Shown: positions 27,401 through 39,338 of the stretch, in pieces
Layout of the letters: each line of letters begins with the position of its first letter
How positions within the stretch are numbered: the first letter of the stretch is position 1
Assembly (NCBI GenBank): GCA_964247055.1
Contig: OZ176050.1
Location: 10,540,001-10,604,000, forward strand
Source of the DNA: Paragordius varius
Lineage: Eukaryota > Animalia > Nematomorpha
DNA length: 64,000 bases
Direction: 5' to 3'
Translations under genes and position numbers: made by a program
Notes under the pieces: model-generated
The model's input: only the letters and a program-made list of their open reading frames with translations
Databases searched by the model: none
Told to the model about the DNA's origin: nothing

Positions 27401-28724
27401 GATATGATATATTATATATATATATATATATATATAAAATTTTGTTTTATTATTGATTAAAACGCCTCCTAAAAAAGATGTAAAAGGTCAGGTGCTAAAT
27501 AATTTTTAATAACATATACTTACTTAGGATTATCACAGCAGTAGTAAATCTGTATTAGTTTCGTAATTTAATCTCTCTTTAAAAACAGCTTCCTTCCACT
27601 ATCTTTAATAACGCTATTTGTATTGGATAAAATATCTAAAGGATTATGATTTTTATAAAAAACAAATGATAGCCTTAATTACTAATAGTAAACGTTTTAT
27701 TGTGATAAAAAGGGACCACATTTAATAGGCTGAACTGTATATTTTTTTTTATATTATATAATAATTTAGATTTCAGTACCTTTTATATATAACCCTATTT
27801 GGTTTAACTATATTTCCTAGGCAATTACATTTTATATTAAATTTTACACGTTACCAAAAATGGGGTATTTACTATAGCAACCAGAAATTAACTCGACCTT
27901 TTAATTTCCCGATATTTATACTACAGTGAGACTATACATTGGTAATTTTTCATTAAATATTGCCAGATAGCATATGCAACAAAGCATTACCATTGGTGAA
28001 TACCACAAAAGGCGTAAAGACTAACTTTAAGTTAAGAATATTTTTCCTTTTTGCTCGATATGCTATCTGGAAATAATGAATGAAAAATTATCAATGTATT
28101 TTATATATTGTTTTTCCCTAACAAAAATAGAACGATTACATACGCGATGATAATGGACTCTTGCATCAAACCATTCGACCTGACAGTGAAGATAACAGAC
28201 TCCCAGCTGTGGCGGCTGCTTCTTCTGATAGAACGACTTCCTTTGTTAATGGGAATTATCTTACAACGGCATCCTCGTACCAAGCCTTGACTATACCTTC
28301 TCTCTACGATAGTGGTTTGGATAATGATCAGGTTTGATAAACATTTTCATTTTTCGGGGTGTATGAAAAAAATATATTTTTGAAAAGATGTATACATGTA
28401 AGTATCACAGCGTGAATTAACATAACTATTATTTTCCCTTTCGTTGGTAAAAAGGTATATATATAGAAAATGGAAAATTACAAATTTTTTGAAATTATTA
28501 TTTAGAAACAATTACCATTCATTTTGTAAAAAATTATATATACTCTTTGGATTTGTGTTAATGGATCAATGAAGCGTTTACCTGTTCAGGGTTGACGATA
28601 ATATTAAAACCTTATAGGTTTTTCTGTTTCACACATTATAAGAATTCTAACATAAAAAACTCATCCACTACACTAGTGAATTAGCTATCATTAATATTTT
28701 TTATTAGTAAATATTTCTCAAATA

Positions 28725-28761
<37 letters not shown>

Positions 28762-29722
28762 ATTTAGTCAAACGTTACCATTTCGACACAACCGACATCT
28801 GATCAACAACCAATCTATCTGGATGCTTGTTCCCAAACCGATTCGGTATTTAAAATAATTTGAAACTTATATATAATCGGACCTTTAAATATTTTTTTTA
28901 CATAAATAATAACAATATTTTCGACAAACATTATCAATTGATCCTTATATAATATTAATTCCCTTTGTTACTAATTAGCTGTTTTTCTTTTGATTTTTTG
29001 TTGCTTTATATATTCACAATTTACTTTTTTAGATTTATGAAATTACACCACTTTTTCATAAAGCGCTGTGCTTAGATGTTCCTGTATGCGAAATTAAACA
29101 GTCATGTCTGGCTCAATCGAACGATGCGCAAGAAAATTGTAACTTAGGCAATTATGATTCATCTACATATGAAATTAGGTTAGTATAAGAAATGGATTTT
29201 TATTACTATTTTTTCATTTTATTATCATGATAATAAATAAATAAAAAATAAATTAGTTTAATTAATGATCGATTGATTAATTTTATTGCATATCTAATAA
29301 CGTAACCTTTATTTATTCCTTAGTTTTATACTAATTAACCTTATTACTCACATGTAAAGTGTCTCTTGTTTTTATATATTTTTTGCTGGTAATAAATATA
29401 TATTTAATTGGATGTTTTCCATCATATGTGATACTATATATTCAAAATTTGTATTTATTCTATCTCATAAATTTATATGGTTAAAATACACTATTTAAAA
29501 TATAACACTTAAATATTTTTTATATTTTTTTTCATGCCGCTCCACCCAGATTAGACCGTATGAATTATAGTTATTAATATATTTTATAAAAAAAATTTCT
29601 GAAAATTAAATTGATATATATTTGCCCTTTTTAGAAAAGGTCCGATAGAACAATCAAAACGAAGACCCTTGCTTTCTGATAATACATTTCAACATCACCA
29701 AATGCTTACGACGCCAATGTAA
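20740..29722 (+). CDS. Ser/Thr-rich disordered protein with one short coiled coil, possibly CCSER/FAM190-like; 6 exons, ~525 aa
   Basis: Exons 20740-21167, 24688-25324, 28131-28331, 28768-28845, 29033-29178 and 29635-29722 splice GT-AG, in phase, without stops (1578 nt). FDQTEYTSILSEITELKSQLLELQQCLMQE recalls the CCSER coiled-coil motif. The family call is tentative and extra exons in the 3.5-kb first intron are possible. Confidence 0.75.
22899..23478 (+). mobile_element. piggyBac-like MITE (TTAA-flanked)
   Basis: TTAA|CACTTCGATTTAAATTGGGGTA ... TACCCCAATTTAAATCGAAGG..CCAAGTG|TTAA. A second copy lies at 39719-40259. Confidence 0.75.
23502..23897 (-). mobile_element. Inverted, internally deleted copy of the same piggyBac-like MITE
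   Basis: Ends CTTCGATTCAATTGGGGG ... CCCTATTTTGAATCGAAGTA|TTAA. Internal blocks are reverse complements of 22960-23360. Confidence 0.65.
25366..26610. mobile_element. 1245-bp TIR element (PIF/Harbinger-like MITE)
   Basis: Perfect 27-bp TIRs GGGTGGAGTGAATAAAAAAAAGGAAAC, flanked by a 3-bp duplication ATT (25363-65 and 26611-13). Subterminal AGGAAAC(A/C)CT motifs are repeated. No coding capacity. Confidence 0.85.
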
Positions 29723-31911
29723 TATGAAACAGATATAAATATTTATAGAATTTAATCGATAGTACATTTCCCATATATTTATCTAATTTTCTTCTATTGT
29801 TATCCGAATTGGATTTGGCTTTAATGAAAAAAATGTGTCTAGTCTATACAATATATTTATAAACGGTAAAGTTTTTATATTCAATAGAAAATATGTCGAA
29901 TTTTAAAATATAAAAACTATCATGATTGTGCTAACTTCTCAAACTTCCACAAAATATTTAATGTTTTTTTAAACACTCTCAAATATGACAAATTTATTTA
30001 TGATTTTGCATATAATTCAAAGCAACGCATATTAAACCCAATTTTGTCAGTGTGTTTTATTTATTAATTAGATTAATAGCCAATAAAGATATACTATATT
30101 TGATTTCAAATACAAGAACAGTTGTTTAATAAATTAAATTGTTTCAAATTATAGGTATAGATCATTGGCTTTAAATTTTTCATCTTTGAGTCCGGTTTAG
30201 ATCGATTTAAAAGCGCTTGTTTTACAACGATTATGAAACTTAAGTTAAATTAAGTTTTGCTTTTAATTAGGATATAAATCGTAGCGGATAAAGTTGAAAA
30301 ACCTAATTTGATACATGGAAATTTTTTAATTATAAAATTTTTGATCCATGTATTTTGTGTTGAAATTCCTTAAAATTATAGGACAAACGCAAATTCTTAA
30401 ATTCACAATGAAACATTAATAATAGCTTAAAATTTGCAGAACAATAAAACCTATCTTTTATTTAAATAATTTATTTGAGACTAAGTTCGGCACTTTTTGA
30501 TGCGGGCGGCTTTAGGACACGGGAAAATTTTAGCCCTACAATTTTATTCGAGGTAATTTAAATAAAATTATATTTCAATAATAATGCATTAAAGATAATT
30601 ACTTTTGATATCGAGGGTTAACAAGTTGTTTCTATAAATACAAGTCCCCTGTCCGTCCTAAAAATTATTGTCACAGCATTTCTGATTTGTATTCAACGAA
30701 CACGCCCATTATTTAGCGCTGCTCAATTGTGTTTTAAGAATACTTTTCCAATAATTGAGTAGTACTGTATGCATCAACACACTAGAGGTCACGATAATTA
30801 CAAAACTTTTTAAAAAACGATCCGGCTTAAGAATAGTATCGTTCGAGAATTGGGATATAGAAAATTGTTTGCGACTAAATCTTACCTCAATCTATATTGT
30901 AAAAAAATACTGATAAATAAAAAGTTTGGGATGCCATCATTTAAATTTATTTTAAATGTGGAAATGCTGTGTAAAACCTTAAGACCTAACGAAAATTGCT
31001 AAATTTTTTAAAAATAATATAAGAATTTTTTCGCAAATTTCGTAAAAATTCACATAATAATTTTATCCAACCATTGTTTTGTATAAATAAATTTATATCT
31101 ATTAGCAAATTAATTTAATATGGCGGGGTCAATTTCTCCGATTCGCAAAGCTCAACTGAAATAAATTAATTTAACATATAGGTCGCTAAATCTACGTTTT
31201 TTTTCAATTTAAATTACGATAGTTGATATTTATTTAAATGTCCATATACACGATTTTTAGATTGTATTATTTACCAATATATTTTTGTACAAAAGGTTCT
31301 CGATTAAAGGCTCCTTCGTTTTATTTTTCTATAAATCATCTTTCTCCTTTCATCATCCTTTGTTTGATAACTTTACCACACATATATTTAATTGGTGTGT
31401 ACGGCTCTTATTCATTAATATGTGTGCCACATCTCTTAATGTATTAAGTCATTAAAAATGTAAACTTTTTGTCAAATTGTAAAATGTATAACGCTTGGAC
31501 GTGTTTTTGCAAATAATATTAAAAAGGTTTTTTGGAGTCTTGATGGATATTAAAAATACCAACGAAATAGGATGTGTTAGTAATTGTTTGGCTTGAAATG
31601 GGGAATATTTTATGGATAGCTGTCACACTGATGAAAAACCTTTCCCGGGTTTTCAGGTATACGGTTTTTTATTTTTTTCAGAAAACGTTGTTGTAATTGT
31701 GGATTCAATTCTTTATCATGCTTAACCATTCTTACAATCATGACCATATTTGGCATTTACTATTACAAATCTCCCTTATATATGTATTTGGAAGAATTGG
31801 AGGTAATTTTACATTGCAGTGCTCTTTAGGAGTATTTGACCAGTAGCATACTTTGAAGTTTAAACCATCATATTTAAGCATTTTTTTCTTTTATAGCACA
31901 AGTAACGTTTG

Positions 31912-33003
31912 CGTACCGAATGTATTCATAAGTTCTTACCGTTTTAGCTAAGAGAAGACTAATGAAAAGTACGCAGACGATAAATATAATAATGCACACC
32001 CCATTTCGTTCGTCTAACATTAAATTACAAACACGCACATTTTGAGTCCGTCACAAATTAGCGTCCTACTTTATTCGCTAATCAGGTCAAATTTCGTACA
32101 TGAAAAAATTTGCGGCACACATTGTGAAAAAGCTTTTGAAAGCTATCATTTATCGATTAACACATGTAAAAAATGGTTTCAAATAAAAGTTAGGATTTCA
32201 TTGGAAAGAGTGTGGTCGCTCTGGTGAACAACATAACTGCAAAGACGAACAAATCCAAGAGTAATTAAATGATGTAACAACTATAACTCAACGGAAATTC
32301 ACAGAAGCATTACATGTATTACGAAAATCGATAAAGAGATGTCTAGTAGTGATGAAGAGACCAATAAATACAATAGATTGGTCACAATTTGAATGAACGC
32401 GAATACAAAAAACCCCTAAGTGACTTGGGAAATCCAGATTTGACGTCATGAAAAAAAATTATTTTCCATTGTAGGACGGCGGCCAACGCGTTCCATCTAC
32501 AATAAGGCTAAATCGAAGCAAGAAACCAGTGCTCTGTGTCTGACGATACTAAAGCGGTATCAAATTTTGAGGTTCTGCTATATTGTTAATGCACAACACT
32601 ATCGCTAACAATATCTAATTAAACCATGCATTAATCAAAATACAATTAGAATAAGCCAGAAAACAGAGCAAAGTATTGCGAGATGACAATGCTACGTTTC
32701 ACACGGCAAAAAAGACACCATAAAATCCCGATTCCGCTGAAATTTTCTCGCCTGGCCATTTAATTAACAGCTTCATACCAATGGGGCATTTTTCCCAGAG
32801 CAGCAATTCAATAACGTTGGAAAATGGCCTGATATTTCTGCATAAGTCAATCAATTTTTATGGCACGACATTCACATACTATATTAAAGATGGGCAAAAT
32901 GTGTAGAAGCCGATGGACAATAATATTTAAATAAAATAAATAATTGATCTCCTTTCATACATTTTTTACTTAAAAACCGGTAAAAACTTATGAGCACACC
33001 TGG
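31912..33003 (+). mobile_element. Degenerate mariner transposon with both TIR remnants
   Basis: INTCKKWFQ and LRDDNATFHTAKKT (cf. LHDNARPHTA). Left TIR remnant TTCATAAGTTCTTACCGTTTT; right TIR AAAAACCGGTAAAAACTTATGAGCACACCTGGA|TA. Confidence 0.75.
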
Positions 33004-33087
33004 ATAGTGAGTGTTGACTCTTTACGTTTCTCATTTATGCCTATTAGAAATAAAATATTTTAAAGACTATATCATCTTATCTATTAG

Positions 33088-33498
33088 CTTGAAGAATCCA
33101 ATACTAATCTCGTTTCCGAAGAAGATATAAAAGATATGATATCCATATGGGTCAATAATAAGCTAGATCATTCAAATTGTGATACAGCTCCTTGGGATTT
33201 TTCATCTTGGGTCATAACTACAAATTTTGAACTATTGAATGAGTTAGTTGATCACAAAAATGATACTTTAATTTCCACGGAATTTCAATACTCGGCCTTA
33301 AAAAACAGACTTAAGACCATGATTCAAGGTTTTTATGAAGTAGATACAACAATGCAATCGTCCAACATTAAAAGAAATATAATAATTATTGAATCTTTAA
33401 AATTTGACAAGTTAAATATGTTAGATAAGCGGGAGAATAAAGAAGAAATGGGGATGGAATTAAATGCATATCTGTATGATATTTGCTCACAAATGTAG
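33088..33498 (+). CDS. Probable coding exon of unknown gene (possibly an upstream part of the STELLO-like gene)
   Basis: 411-nt stop-free frame in AT-rich DNA, starting after TTAG (LEESNTNLVSEEDIKDMISIWVNN...). No in-phase partner exon was found. Confidence 0.45.
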   Translation, partial: LEESNTNLVSEEDIKDMISIWVNNKLDHSNCDTAPWDFSSWVITTNFELLNELVDHKNDTLISTEFQYSALKNRLKTMIQGFYEVDTTMQSSNIKRNIIIIESLKFDKLNMLDKRENKEEMGMELNAYLYDICSQM

Positions 33499-34259
33499 GT
33501 ATTTTTTTTAGCACTTAATACTGAGATCGCAGACTCGGAACTAGCTTTTTTTACAAAAAACGGTTCCGAAAAGCTTCAATGTTCAAAAACATTGTCAAGC
33601 CTATTTTTTATTTTGGTTAAGGATTTATTTAAAATATAATTTAACTATAATTTTTAAATTATTTAATAATTGAGCACACAATATCTTTTTGTTTTATATT
33701 ATTTGGGGTATTTGCAATTAAAGAAATTAGTTAAAAAAATTAAACTTATAAATTAATTTAAAACAGAACCTCAACAAGAAATAAAATATTTTTCCAGATA
33801 AAGGAAATCCAAAGGAAATTTTTTTAAAAAATTCTTTGGTTCCGCATTATGGAACCGAAACTAGAGAAAAAAAATTGCTTTAAAAGCGAAAAACGGTCCG
33901 GTCTTGCTTATACCCATTACACATTATAGGATTGTCATTAAAACTTACTATTTATCCTAAAATTAATTTTATTTTAATTGTTTTTTTTTTCTTTTTTTAA
34001 ATTTTCATTTTACACCAATTTAATAATTTTTATTATATATGGAATCATTCAGCAAAAATTATATAATATAGTGTTAGAAGTAATAATTATTATTTTCCGC
34101 CATAAATGTTAAACTTAATGTTAATATTCACAAAACTAAGTGGTATCTACATTTACAACTTTTGTTCCTTTACCAATATTATGTTACTTAGCTTTCCAAA
34201 TCACTGTATCTATTTTTCCGAATCAATCTATGAATCATTGCCTCTTAAACTCTTTCAAG

Positions 34260-34477
34260 CAGGCTTGACGCATGAGAAAAAGATGGAAGAGTCAGTTATG
34301 ATTTTTGTAGGAAAGATTATGGCAATTCAAGTTAATTCGATTAATAATTTATCAATAATTGAATATCAAGATTTTTCAATATTCTTATCATAAGTTAGGT
34401 GCCATGAAAATGGATACTATTGCATCAAGACATGCGCCTTTATTATCCAGGCATAAAACAGGTATGCACGTATATAT

Positions 34478-34511
<34 letters not shown>

Positions 34512-36526
34512 ATTTTTAGAGAATTTTTAGGTTTTACTATTTAGGGTAAAAAATTTTTTTACCTAATGTCTAATTTAGTAGAAAGAGTAAATCTATATTG
34601 AATGTAGAAATCACAGGATTGAATTTTGATCAAGCGTTTTAAACGTAAAAATATTTGTATCTAAAATCTAATTTGCTAGGTAAAAGGGAATCCAAGAAAA
34701 ATCGATTTCAATTATTTTAAAAGGATTTTGGAGTTAAAAACTTGTTTTCAACCAATAATATATGTTGCACTTACAGATATAACCATAAAATTACTGATCA
34801 GATAAAATATATAAAAAATGATATAATTAAAAAAATTTAACCAATTTTTTTATGTTTAGAATTGGAATTTTTGATGACACAAATGGATCTAACGTTTATA
34901 ACCGAATTTGTCAATAGTGGTGTAAGGGATAAACTGAACATATTTCCATCATTAAAGGATTTGTACGAAACTTTAACACAAAAATGCTCAGAGAATCAAT
35001 TCAATCATGAAATAGCTTTTGATACTGCATACACGCTCAGATGCTTAAATGATGAGTTTAATCTGAACGATTCAAATAATGTAATAATTTCTGTTATAAG
35101 GAATATTTTGGACGATTTTTACCAGGCATTCATGGAACGTCAGATATTAATTCCAAAATGTTTCCACAACAGTAGGCATATCGAAATTATTCACAATCTT
35201 AGTCCCTTATTAAATTATGAATCCAACCAGGAAGCATGGGCCAAAAATGTGGGAAAAAACAATCTACCGAAAATTCAAAATTTATCTCTCAGTGTGCAAA
35301 CTTGTCCTTTAATTAATCTTATTACAAATAGTACAACGAGGGAGCAAATGAATAAAACTCTTTTATTAATAACATTTAATTATGCTTACTATGATTTGAT
35401 CCCGTATTTATTAGCCATACACAGTTCCCTATTTCCATATATAACTTTTTGTGGTCCACAAATTGATGATTCCATTGCTACAATGCCTCCAGAGAGGAGA
35501 ATTGAGATTTCAAAGATGACTAATATAAATTTCATTCCTATCGCGTCAAATATGAAAGGATTTTACCTATATGAATGCGTAATATTAGCAATCGCAAAAT
35601 ACCAATATAATAATGATATCGAAGGCATTTTGTATATAAGTGATGATATATTACTTAATGTGGCAACTCTAAATAACTTTGATTTTTCACGAATGGCCTA
35701 TCTCAATTTTGAGGCTGGGACCAAATCTTCTCTGAAAACGAATCAAATTGGGAATGCCAATAACAATCGAATGGCTGATGTTATAAATATGTCAGGATGT
35801 TATCGCAATAATAATAATAATTTAAGTATATTAAATTCGATTGATACTGTTTTGAGTATGAAGCAACATTTAAATAATATGACTACTGTTAACTTAAATA
35901 CATTAAACGGGACCCAAAGTTATAAAACATTTTTGGATGATGGCATCATATGCGATCGAAAGCTCTTAAACTTTGAAAAACGTTTACTGCAAAACAAACA
36001 ACGCCTTTTAACAGTTATGGGACAAATGAAATTCTTACTTTATATCATGCAAAAAACTAAAAGTATATATATCTATCCTGCTTCCTCTCAAGTCATTTCC
36101 AAGGCTTATGCTAGTCTATTAAATCGCACTCAAGGAGATGGTCGAGTTTATTATGGAGAATCTGATATTTTTTATATTCCTAAAAGAGTTTTTGCCCAAG
36201 CCTTACCATTACTAAATTTGTTTCGACATTATCATGTGATGTTGGAAATCGCCGTACCCACCATTTTAAACTCCATTGATTTTGATAGTGCTAATGAATC
36301 TCCTTACCCCATCACTTATGTTAAATACAATCATTATTGGAATGATAAACGGTCCCAAATTCTAACTTTAATAGATAATTTACGCAAATCTCTATATGTT
36401 CACCCTGTTAAACTCCGTGAAATTGTTAATTCGCAATCGAACGAACTGAGTGTCGATATTTTATGTCACATACTTTTGCAAATGAATAATAATGAACTGC
36501 TAAATAATAAATACCAAAGCAATTAG
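34260..36526 (+). CDS. STELLO/DUF288-like putative glycosyltransferase (C-terminal domain); 5' end unresolved
   Basis: Large exon 34860-36526, plus in-phase small exons 34260-34330 and 34371-34461. Motifs recalled from STELLO/DUF288 proteins: LLLITFNYAYYDLIPYL, GFYLYECV, EGILYISDDILLN (DD motif), SDIFYIPKR..LEIAVPTIL, YVHPVK. Confidence 0.7.
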
Positions 36527-36648
36527 AATTATATGTAAATGATGTGTAGGAAAAATTTGATTTAATTTAACTCGTCCCATAACATAAATAAAACATGGTA
36601 TCAAGCATAGGATAAATTATTAATTTATAAGGAATGTATGGTGTATAA

Positions 36649-38548
36649 TCTATATATTTATAAAAATGGAAAATGCTGGCTTTGTGATCTGGTACAGGAA
36701 AGCCGGTAGACCCATTCAAATCCAAACATTGAAAAAATATAATCATTAATGAATGCCCCGACAATAGCTTCGCCCTTTTTTTGAAATAAGCCCCCAGTTC
36801 AGGCCCACCCCGTGGGAAAAACGGTTTTTTTTTGAAAACAGAAGTCCACAAAAAACGTGTCTTTGAGAAAATTTTCCGGAGAACGTGTTGGTCCATTCTA
36901 TTTCAAATATGATTTTTAATATTTTAGATTGCGCCAAACATAGTCGAACTTTTTTGATTTAGGCCCTCTTTTTACCCGCTCCCCCCGTAAAATGCCACCT
37001 TTTTCAAAAAACAAAGTCCACAAAAATATTTTTTTAAATCTATTTTTCGACCAAGGTATGAGACCGTAAAAATTCAATATGGATTCCACGTATTCCCTGT
37101 TAAAAGGCAAAAACTTTAGTCAGGCGTTCCTTTGATGATAGCTGCTGGGTAAGGAGATACCCGCTAAAAACTGATTCCTCATGTAACTTTGTTATCTGTT
37201 TCCGGAAAACCGGTGAACCCAATCAAATCCAAATATCGAAAAAATATAATCATTAATGAATGTCCCGACAATAGCTTCGCCCTTTTTTTGAATTAGGTCC
37301 CCAGTTCGGGCCCACCCCGTGTGAAAAATGGGTTAAGTCAATTTTCCGGAGATCGTGTTGGACCATTCAACTTCAAATATGATTTTTGTTTACTTATTTT
37401 TGATCGCGCTGAACATAGTCGACTCACTTTTTTGATTTAGGCCCTCTTTTTACCCGCTACCCCGTAAAATGCAATTTTTTTCAAAAAAAAAACAAAGTCC
37501 ACAAAAATAATTTTTTGATTGTATTTTTTTGCCCACGGTATGAGACTGTAAAAATTCGAGGAAGATTTTTCGTATTGCCTGTTAAAAGGCAAAAATTTTA
37601 GTCAAGCGTTTCTTGGATGATAGATGCTGAGTAAGGAGTATCTATCATATGTATAGCATGTTAAAAGATATATGGATATTAAAACATTATTTATGGTAAT
37701 CTATATATTTATAAAAATGGAAAATGCTGGCTTTGTGATCTGGTACAGGAAAACCGGTAGACCCAATCAAATCCAAATATTGAAAAAATATAATCATTAA
37801 TAAATGTGTTGACAATAGCTTCGCCCTTTTTTTGAAATAGGCCCCCAGTTCGGGCCCACCCCGTATGAAAAACGTTTTTTGAAAACAGAAGTCCACAAAA
37901 ATCGTGTCTTTGAGACAATTTTCTGGAGAACGTGTTGGAACATTCAATTTCAAATATAATTTTTGTTATTTTTGATCGCGCCGAACATAGTCGAGCCGCT
38001 TTTTTGATTTAGGCCCTCCTTTTACCCGCTACCCCCGTAAAATGTCATTTTTTTCAAAAAACAAAGTCCACAAAAATAATTTTTAAAATCGATTTTTCGC
38101 CATAGGTATGAGACCGTAAAAATTCATTAAAGATTCCACGTATTCCCTGTTAAAAGGCAAAAATTTTAGTCAAGCGTTTCTATGATGATAGCTGCTGGGT
38201 AAGGAGCTACCCGCTAAAAACTAATTTTTCATGTAACTTTGTCTGTTTCCGGAAAAGCGGTGAACCCAATCAAATCCAAATATGGAAAAAATATAATCAT
38301 TAATGAATGCTCCGACAATAGCTTCGCCCTTTTTTGGAATTAGGTCCCCAGTTCAGGCCCACCCCGTGTGAAATATGGGTTAAGTCAATTTTTCGGAGAA
38401 CGTGTTGGACCTCTCGCTTTTTTAATTTAGTCCCACTTTTTACCCGCTTCCCCCGTAAAATGCCATTCCCCCCCTCCCCCCCCCCCCCCCCCCCCCAGAA
38501 GTCCGAAGGACTTCCTCGGGCTGCGTAGCAGCACGAGATTTACGCTAG
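36649..38548 (+). mobile_element. Complete non-autonomous Helitron (1.9 kb) built of ~500-bp tandem units
   Basis: 5' end A|TCTATATATTTATAAAAATGG at 36649. 3' hairpin CTCGGGCTGC-GTA-GCAGCACGAG (38515-38537) followed by CTAG|T (38545-38548). Inserted between A and T with no TSD. A second 5' end lies at 37700. Confidence 0.92.
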
Positions 38549-39338
38549 TATTTAATATAATAAAAATATTGTACAGAAGTAAAATGATTTTGTGTAGTTA
38601 GGTAGAAACTTTGGCATTTATTTTGGGTCTTCAAGACAAAACTAGTCCTATTTATTGGGCTTAGGCTATACCAATTAGGTATAACCATCAAACATTTAAC
38701 CTTGCATACATTAAGCTTGTTAATCGAATATTGGCAATTGATATGGAATTTATGGAAGCAAAATAAAAAGCAAACCCATAGTTTAGACATTTTAAAATTT
38801 TAAAAATCAGTATTATTGTATGGGAAGGCAAATTTAATACTGATTTGAAGGCTTAAGATAATAAGAAAACGAGTTCTATGAAGGCTTAAATCTCTATATT
38901 GACCGTAAAATATATAAATTATGTCATAAATATGCATGAACTTCTCAAAAAACGAAAGCTCAAATCGCTACGGACCTTAACAAATATTGGATTTTTATGA
39001 CGTTAATAATAAGTTTTCGATTTTATCAGTTTTTGATATTTTAGTGATTTATGAAAATAATAAACTATAATTGATAAGCCCATATCTCATTTAATGTTTC
39101 AAATTTCATTTAATTATTAGAATTATTTCTACATAGGGTTTTTAATATAATGCACTCATTTTTGGGAATTCGTAATTTATTTTAAATATAAAATTATAAA
39201 AGCCTCTGTATTTAAAGAAAGGGCATTTGAGCGTTACTATTTAACAATTTTTTTTTAACCATACAAATAAATAAAATTATTTTGCAATTTAATCGATTGT
39301 TGGTAGTTTTTTTTGATAATCGTTAATTTTTACGTAAA

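Noticed and set aside
31620-31660. CTGATGA hammerhead-like core (also ~19566, ~60690 on the minus strand)
   Set aside because: No stem II followed by GAAA, and no closing stems could be formed.
33495-33511. Candidate 17-nt GT-AG intron
   Set aside because: Removing it produces an immediate in-frame TAA, and no conserved motif supports it.
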